Source of the DNA: Dehalococcoidia bacterium
GTDB lineage: Bacteria > Chloroflexota > Dehalococcoidia > Lucifugimonadales > GCA-2712585
Assembly (NCBI GenBank): GCA_965238215.1
Contig: OZ250180.1
Span: forward strand, 25,648-89,647
Length of the DNA: 64,000 nucleotides
Direction: 5' to 3'
In this document: positions 59,156 to 64,000 of the stretch, piece by piece
Layout: every line of letters starts with the position of its first letter
Numbering within the stretch: position 1 is the first letter of the stretch
Program-made: the position numbers and the translations under genes
Notes under the pieces: generated by a model
What the model saw: only the letters and a program-made list of their open reading frames with translations
The model's database searches: none
What the model was told of the DNA's origin: nothing

Positions 59156-62100
59156 TTACCATCCCCTGGTAATTATGCCGTATACGAGGCCGATCAAGGC
59201 CAGAACCATCAAACAGGCTATCGCCAGAAGGATTATCAGCCAGAGGGGCACCGAAGCAATAGCCAAAGCCAAAGCTACCAGACCGGCTATTATCAGAATG
59301 TTAACTATCCAGAGGGGCATAGAAGCAATGGCCAACAAACCGACCATTATGAGTAGGATAATAAGCCAGAGTGGAAGTCTACTCCGGGAGTCGTCTTCGG
59401 CTGCGGTTGTTGTGGGTTCCGGTGCAGGCGTAGCTGTCGTCCTTGGGGATACAGGCGCCTTCTGCACGGGGACCACGGTAGGTTGGCGCGTGGCAGGAGA
59501 TGAAGGCGCCTGGGAATCCTGAGAGGCCGGCTGCGTTGGCTGCGCCGAGGGCGTGGGACGTGATATCGAGGTCCTGATGGGAACGGGCGCAGCAGTCGGT
59601 GTTGGCGTCGCTGGAGTCGGAGCTGCCGTGGGTGTTGGCGCCGCTGGAGCCGGAGCCATCACGGTAGGCGCCGGCGTGGAGGCTGGAATCCTGCGCAAGG
59701 ATACGGCGGGAATGGGTTTTCGCGTGAGACCCTCGGTGGTGCTTGGTGGCTCCTCAAGCGCCGATGATGCAGCCGGGTCGAGTATGGGTTGAAGCACAAG
59801 GGCGTAAGAGGGGTCTGAATATCGGGTGACAATTGGTCTTATGATCGCATCATAATCCCGATCGGGGTCTAGGGATCGCACGATGGGAGGAGCTATGACA
59901 GTCACGATGACGTAGCTAGTGGCAGACAGGCCTCCGGCGTCGCTGCCGGACAGTTCAAACGACAGGGAACCTTCCCCAACCGGTGAGACTGAAAGCGAAT
60001 TGCCATCCAAGGTTGCTGACACCACGGTGGAGTCAGCCGGGCCATCGAGAGAATAGATTAACGAGTCGCCGTCCGGGTCGGTGAAGAACTCGTCAACTTG
60101 CACAACCGCCGGGCTGTCTCCAACAGTGAACTCAAACCCAGGTATTTCGGAGCTCACGGGAGCTTCATTCACGTTGGACACTGTAACGGCTACGTCGAGT
60201 TCGGAAGACACCTGCGGGTTACCATCGTCCAGGGCGGTGACCGTCAACGAGTGGACGTTGCTCGCTGCCGCACTACTGGGTGTCTCAAAATCAAAGGCGC
60301 TCTCCAGCGAAAGGTTTCCTTCCTCATCTATCTGGAAGTTGGCGGCATTGAGCCCTCCTACGGACCAGGTGATGGCATTGTTTTCAGGGTCCTCCACCTG
60401 GTATTGAGCCAGAAGACCAGTTTCGCCCTCTGGGATTGTAAGCTCGGTATCGCCGCTGATGGCGCCGAGCTCATTCTGGTTAGTAACGCGAATGCTCACG
60501 TCCTCCGAATCGTCTTGGCTGGGAGAGCCGTCGTCGGATACCCTTACTCTGATCTCGTATTGATTGTCTCCGTCGCGGTCAGCAGGACTTTCGAAGTCTG
60601 GAGGAGTTTTGAAGCTCAGCACACCGTCATCGGATATCTTGAATGTCTTGCTGTCCAGACCGTCCACGTGCCATGAGAGATCATCATCGTCGGGGTCGCT
60701 ACCATGAAACGTGGCGACCGGCCCCGTTCCGTTCTCCTTATACCGCAGACTATCGTCGTCGACGTCCAGTCTAGGGCGTTGATTGGACCTGGGGCGGATC
60801 CCTCCGCTGCTGCTACCGCCACCACCGCTCTTGGTCGATACTGTGGTCGGTGTCGGGCGCCTCTCAGGCTCGATTGTTTCCGGTTCAGATGCGGGAATGC
60901 TTGTAGTGAAATCACTGAATCCGCTGATGTTGACGACTTTAATGGTGCCGCGGCTGCCATCAGTCTCAAAGGTGTAACATTCGGACGTTCCGACTGGGTC
61001 CGGGCACTTCGGTATCTCAGACCAAGACCCGGCTGTCCCGTCGCCCTTGTACAGGGAGAATGTATCGGCAGTGATGGCGGTCTGCACCGCGGTGGCCTGG
61101 GTTTGGTTCAAGGTCAGGACCATTTTGGCGTCCACGTCCAAGGCCTCGTCAATGGGATTCGCTGCCAGGTCAAAAAGGTCCACGGAGAGACAGAGATACT
61201 CATTGTTGGTAGGGGCCTCCGAGCTGCAGTCATCGCTCTCCGGATCAATTCTCGCCTGGAAGTATTCGGTCCTGGACCCGCTGGGGAAAGTGACAGTCAG
61301 TCTGTCTGCGGTGACCGGAGTCTCTTCGTTGGGATCAACTATCCCCGACATCTCTGTGTTTGTGCGTAGGTCCGGCTTTGTGTAGACGACTACTGTGAAA
61401 TTCGTGTGTGCCGAACCGCCACCGTCGGAAGCCGTGACGGTTACGGTTGTCACGCCGGGTGAGACGGCAGTAATCGTCACGGTGCTCCCGGATACAGAGG
61501 TGGTGGCCTTGGTGGAGTCCGTAGGACTTGCAACGTAGGTCAGAGTATCGTCGTCGGGGTCTGTGAAATAGCTGCTGAGGTCTACGGTGCCGGAGCCGTT
61601 AGTTGGCACGTCTTGCCTTGGAATGGATAAATTTCTTGTCTGCGGCGGAGAGTTATTCTGAGGCAGATCGTTGCCATCCAGCGGTATTGGATGCCACAAT
61701 CCCAAAGTGTGCCTGTAGCATATCAGGAGGACAGCCCCGACTTCGCTTGTCGTGTATTTAATCTGGAAGACGTTTTTACCTTCCAAAACAGTTACTTCCC
61801 CATGATTAGCATAGTTGAAGCTGTTTGAGCCGTTATCATCTATAGAGATGTGGGAAACGCCACCCCCGTCCTTTACCACCAGATCATCATGTTCGCTCTC
61901 CGCCCACAACAGGTATCTACCCGGCGGACCATCGTTAACATCTTCTATATAATGAGTGTAACTGCCGCCATCGCAATAGGCTTGGTCATGCGCCTGAGAC
62001 ACACTGGTTGCGAGCGCGAGCATAACGGCAGTTGCCGCTATGACCAAGAATAGCCACACGACGCCTCGCCATAGGCCCTTATAAATACTGGAACTGACGG

Positions 62101-62161
62101 TTCCGCCAACGAAAGCAATTATCGCCGGGTTCAGTCGAGTTTTCGAGAAATACTGCGACAC
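59156..62161 (-). CDS. Large cadherin-repeat surface adhesin, paralog of the protein at 2..2473, with an N-terminal signal anchor and a triple C-terminal TM segment
   Basis: Signal anchor VVWLFLVIAATAVMLALATSVSQA. Ig-like domains (DLSSYFTDPDDDTLTY, VDEFFTDPDGDSLIY). Two cadherin-like repeats ending VTNQNE / VSNVNEAP. Gly/Ser run. Ala/Pro/Thr stalk. Three consecutive PLW-initiated hydrophobic segments. Confidence 0.85.
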   Translation of the reverse strand: MSQYFSKTRLNPAIIAFVGGTVSSSIYKGLWRGVVWLFLVIAATAVMLALATSVSQAHDQAYCDGGSYTHYIEDVNDGPPGRYLLWAESEHDDLVVKDGGGVSHISIDDNGSNSFNYANHGEVTVLEGKNVFQIKYTTSEVGAVLLICYRHTLGLWHPIPLDGNDLPQNNSPPQTRNLSIPRQDVPTNGSGTVDLSSYFTDPDDDTLTYVASPTDSTKATTSVSGSTVTITAVSPGVTTVTVTASDGGGSAHTNFTVVVYTKPDLRTNTEMSGIVDPNEETPVTADRLTVTFPSGSRTEYFQARIDPESDDCSSEAPTNNEYLCLSVDLFDLAANPIDEALDVDAKMVLTLNQTQATAVQTAITADTFSLYKGDGTAGSWSEIPKCPDPVGTSECYTFETDGSRGTIKVVNISGFSDFTTSIPASEPETIEPERRPTPTTVSTKSGGGGSSSGGIRPRSNQRPRLDVDDDSLRYKENGTGPVATFHGSDPDDDDLSWHVDGLDSKTFKISDDGVLSFKTPPDFESPADRDGDNQYEIRVRVSDDGSPSQDDSEDVSIRVTNQNELGAISGDTELTIPEGETGLLAQYQVEDPENNAITWSVGGLNAANFQIDEEGNLSLESAFDFETPSSAAASNVHSLTVTALDDGNPQVSSELDVAVTVSNVNEAPVSSEIPGFEFTVGDSPAVVQVDEFFTDPDGDSLIYSLDGPADSTVVSATLDGNSLSVSPVGEGSLSFELSGSDAGGLSATSYVIVTVIAPPIVRSLDPDRDYDAIIRPIVTRYSDPSYALVLQPILDPAASSALEEPPSTTEGLTRKPIPAVSLRRIPASTPAPTVMAPAPAAPTPTAAPTPATPTPTAAPVPIRTSISRPTPSAQPTQPASQDSQAPSSPATRQPTVVPVQKAPVSPRTTATPAPEPTTTAAEDDSRSRLPLWLIILLIMVGLLAIASMPLWIVNILIIAGLVALALAIASVPLWLIILLAIACLMVLALIGLVYGIITRGW

Positions 62162-62729
62162 TTTTTATCACCAGATGATGGAAGGAGTATCTGGGTTGAA
62201 TTGAGTTTCTCTTGTTTCCAAATGGAATTTTTGGATTCCCTAATAATCTTAGAGTGTCGCTCTTAAACCCTTCTAGTAATTTAGCGTCCTGCTTTTGCGT
62301 ATTTTCTAGTAAAATAGGCCAATATCTTCCAGAAATCTCTCATTTGAGTGGATGGGTAAGGCAACGGCAAGGCAGATCGGTGTGGTAGAAGGCAAGTTGG
62401 CACGTTAGTCAAGATGTCCAGGCATGATCGAATGCCCAGAAAGGGCGGTCAGGAGGGGCCGGTAGAGAGCGTGGGTCGGGTGTCGTTTGAAGTTTGTTGG
62501 GGGAGCCGATAGGGCGACGGGCTTAGGCAGAGCAGGCAGGCAACGGCCCGTTACCCTATCCGTTCACCTGCAGCATGAAAACGTGTCTGGAGAGCCGGTC
62601 CGATCGTGTGCCGGTGAGCTACTCTGAGCCGGACACAAACGTCTCTGGCGAAAGAAACTTGGCGAGTGCGTTCCTGCCAGACTTCTCGTCGGGTTGGTCA
62701 ATGGACTTCCGCCATTGACCACAGGGCAA

Positions 62730-63808
62730 TCAGGCGAACGTAAGAATTCTCGCTGGATTGTAGATCATCACCTGACGAATGTGTTCTTCGGGAATACCGC
62801 GGTCACGCATCCTCGGCACGATGTTTTCAATCAGGTGGCCGTAGCCGTACCCGCCATAGGTGAAGGTACGTGCTTTGGAGAACACGTCCTGGGCAAGAAC
62901 TATCTTCTCGAGGTGGCCATGCTCTTTGAGCAGCTGCACGTAGTCGAGCCTTTGCCCGTCGTGGATCATGTCGTGGGGGCCCAGGGAGTAGTAGGACGAT
63001 TCCCAGCCGGAGAGGTCGTACTCCAGCATCGAACTCCGGTCGGCGAATTCCAACAGGGTGGCAGAGTCGAGAATCGTCCGATCCAGGTGCCCCATGATGA
63101 CCCGGCTGCTATCTGCGCCTGCCTCTTTGAGGATATCCAGTATCTCGAAAGGAGCGCGCGGATTGCGACCGGGATGAATGAGTATTCCGGCGCCGGTCTT
63201 TTGCTGTGCCCGGGCGCCCGCCCGAAGCACCTTCCGCTCGTTCCGGGTTAGCGGCCAAGAGCAGCCCAGCTCTCCGATTATACCGGCCCGAACTTCCGTA
63301 CCGCCGACTCCAACAGTCAACTCGTTAATCATCTGTGATGCAAGCTGTTCCTCTGAACGGTCGTCCATGTCGGAAGGGTGCACCATGTCTACGTAGTACC
63401 CCGCGCCCATTACTATGTTAACTCCCGTCGCCTGGGCAACATTTACAAGAGCCACGGGGTCCCTGCCTATGCCGATCGTGGTAGCGTCAACGATCGTCCC
63501 TCCCCCGGCCGCCTTGAACAGGCCGATCTCGTATATCGCCATTTTTCGTCGAGCAGCTCAAGATTGTCCTTGTTACGGAAGGGGTCGTACCGCACCCAAC
63601 CAAGGTTTCCCAGCGCCACCTTCTCCTCGCACCGATTCTTGGAGCCAGCCTCCGACGTAGGTGCGTACATGCACACGAAATCTATAAGGACGTGCTCGTG
63701 GGTGGAGGTCATCCCCAGCGTGGAAGGATCCACTGTGCCAAGGATGGTCTGAACCTTGCCGGAAAGTTGTGAGTTTGCCAGAGGTTCACCTCGACGTGTT
63801 TGATCCAT
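62730..63808 (-). pseudogene. Phosphotriesterase-family (PTE/PHP) metal hydrolase split by one frameshift
   Basis: N-terminal ORF GKVQTILGTVDPSTLGMTSTHEHVLIDF (HxH) ...NKDNLELLDEK. The frame changes in the T5 run 63542-63546 (A5 on the coding strand, A6 would restore it) to MAIYEIGLFKAAGGGTIVDATT...ILIHPGR...IMGHLDR...NPARILTFA. Confidence 0.7.
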
Positions 63809-63831
63809 AGAGATTGAGGAGCAGCCTAGAA

Positions 63832-64000
63832 CTAGAGGCCAGGTGACCACTTATAGATTTTAGCCAGCGTCCCACCCATTAAAGCAGCGCGCTCGGAATC
63901 CGAGAGGCTGTTGGTTACCCGGAAGGCCTCTACGCCCTGCTCATAGGTGAGCACTCGGACGGCGCGGGTCCAGTCGGTCCCCCACAGGCATCGCTCCAGC
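63832..64000 (-). CDS. C-terminal fragment of an amidohydrolase-2-like (TIM-barrel metal hydrolase) gene, 5-prime part outside the window
   Basis: The minus-strand frame reads LERCLWGTDWTRAVRVLTYEQGVEAFRVTNSLSDSERAALMGGTLAKIYKWSPGL, then stop (TAG at 63832-63834). The GTDW...NA..Y tail pattern resembles the amidohydrolase_2 family. Confidence 0.4.
   Translation of the reverse strand, partial: LERCLWGTDWTRAVRVLTYEQGVEAFRVTNSLSDSERAALMGGTLAKIYKWSPGL

Overview
This is a chromosomal segment of a moderately GC-rich bacterium. I recognised no rRNA, tRNA, CRISPR array, transposase or integrase. It holds about 40 protein-coding loci in three groups. (1) Enzymes: KatG, an AMP-forming acyl-CoA synthetase, an ABC-F ATPase, a GMC oxidoreductase, a TPP enzyme, S9 and M24 peptidases, amidohydrolases, and HAD and alpha/beta hydrolases. 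(2) Transport parts: CrcB, an ABC-2 exporter, a family-5 binding protein, a DppB-like permease, MFS, MMPL, CPA2, CDF-like and HPP proteins. (3) Very large eukaryote-like surface proteins: two paralogous cadherin-repeat adhesins at opposite ends of the window, a 1195-aa lipoprotein with 7 fn3 and 11 plant-type LRR repeats, and a degraded LRR/Ig adhesin. The dominant unexplained signal is decay. Roughly a quarter of the loci carry in-frame stops or homopolymer frameshifts, or are bare fragments, including a polyketide-synthase KS stub beside a broken MMPL gene. About 10 kb is ORF-free spacer. Stop-codon usage is unusual, with TAG at most gene ends. Four items may be genuinely uncharacterised biology: a GMC oxidoreductase / Rieske-fusion / SRPBCC operon, the adhesin repertoire with a triplicated C-terminal membrane anchor, a hairpin family in a 0.8-kb spacer, and a diverged direct repeat bracketing the KS-MMPL-hydrolase segment. 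All calls come from reading the sequence and the translated ORFs. No database search or structure prediction was run, and domain names rest on remembered family motifs.
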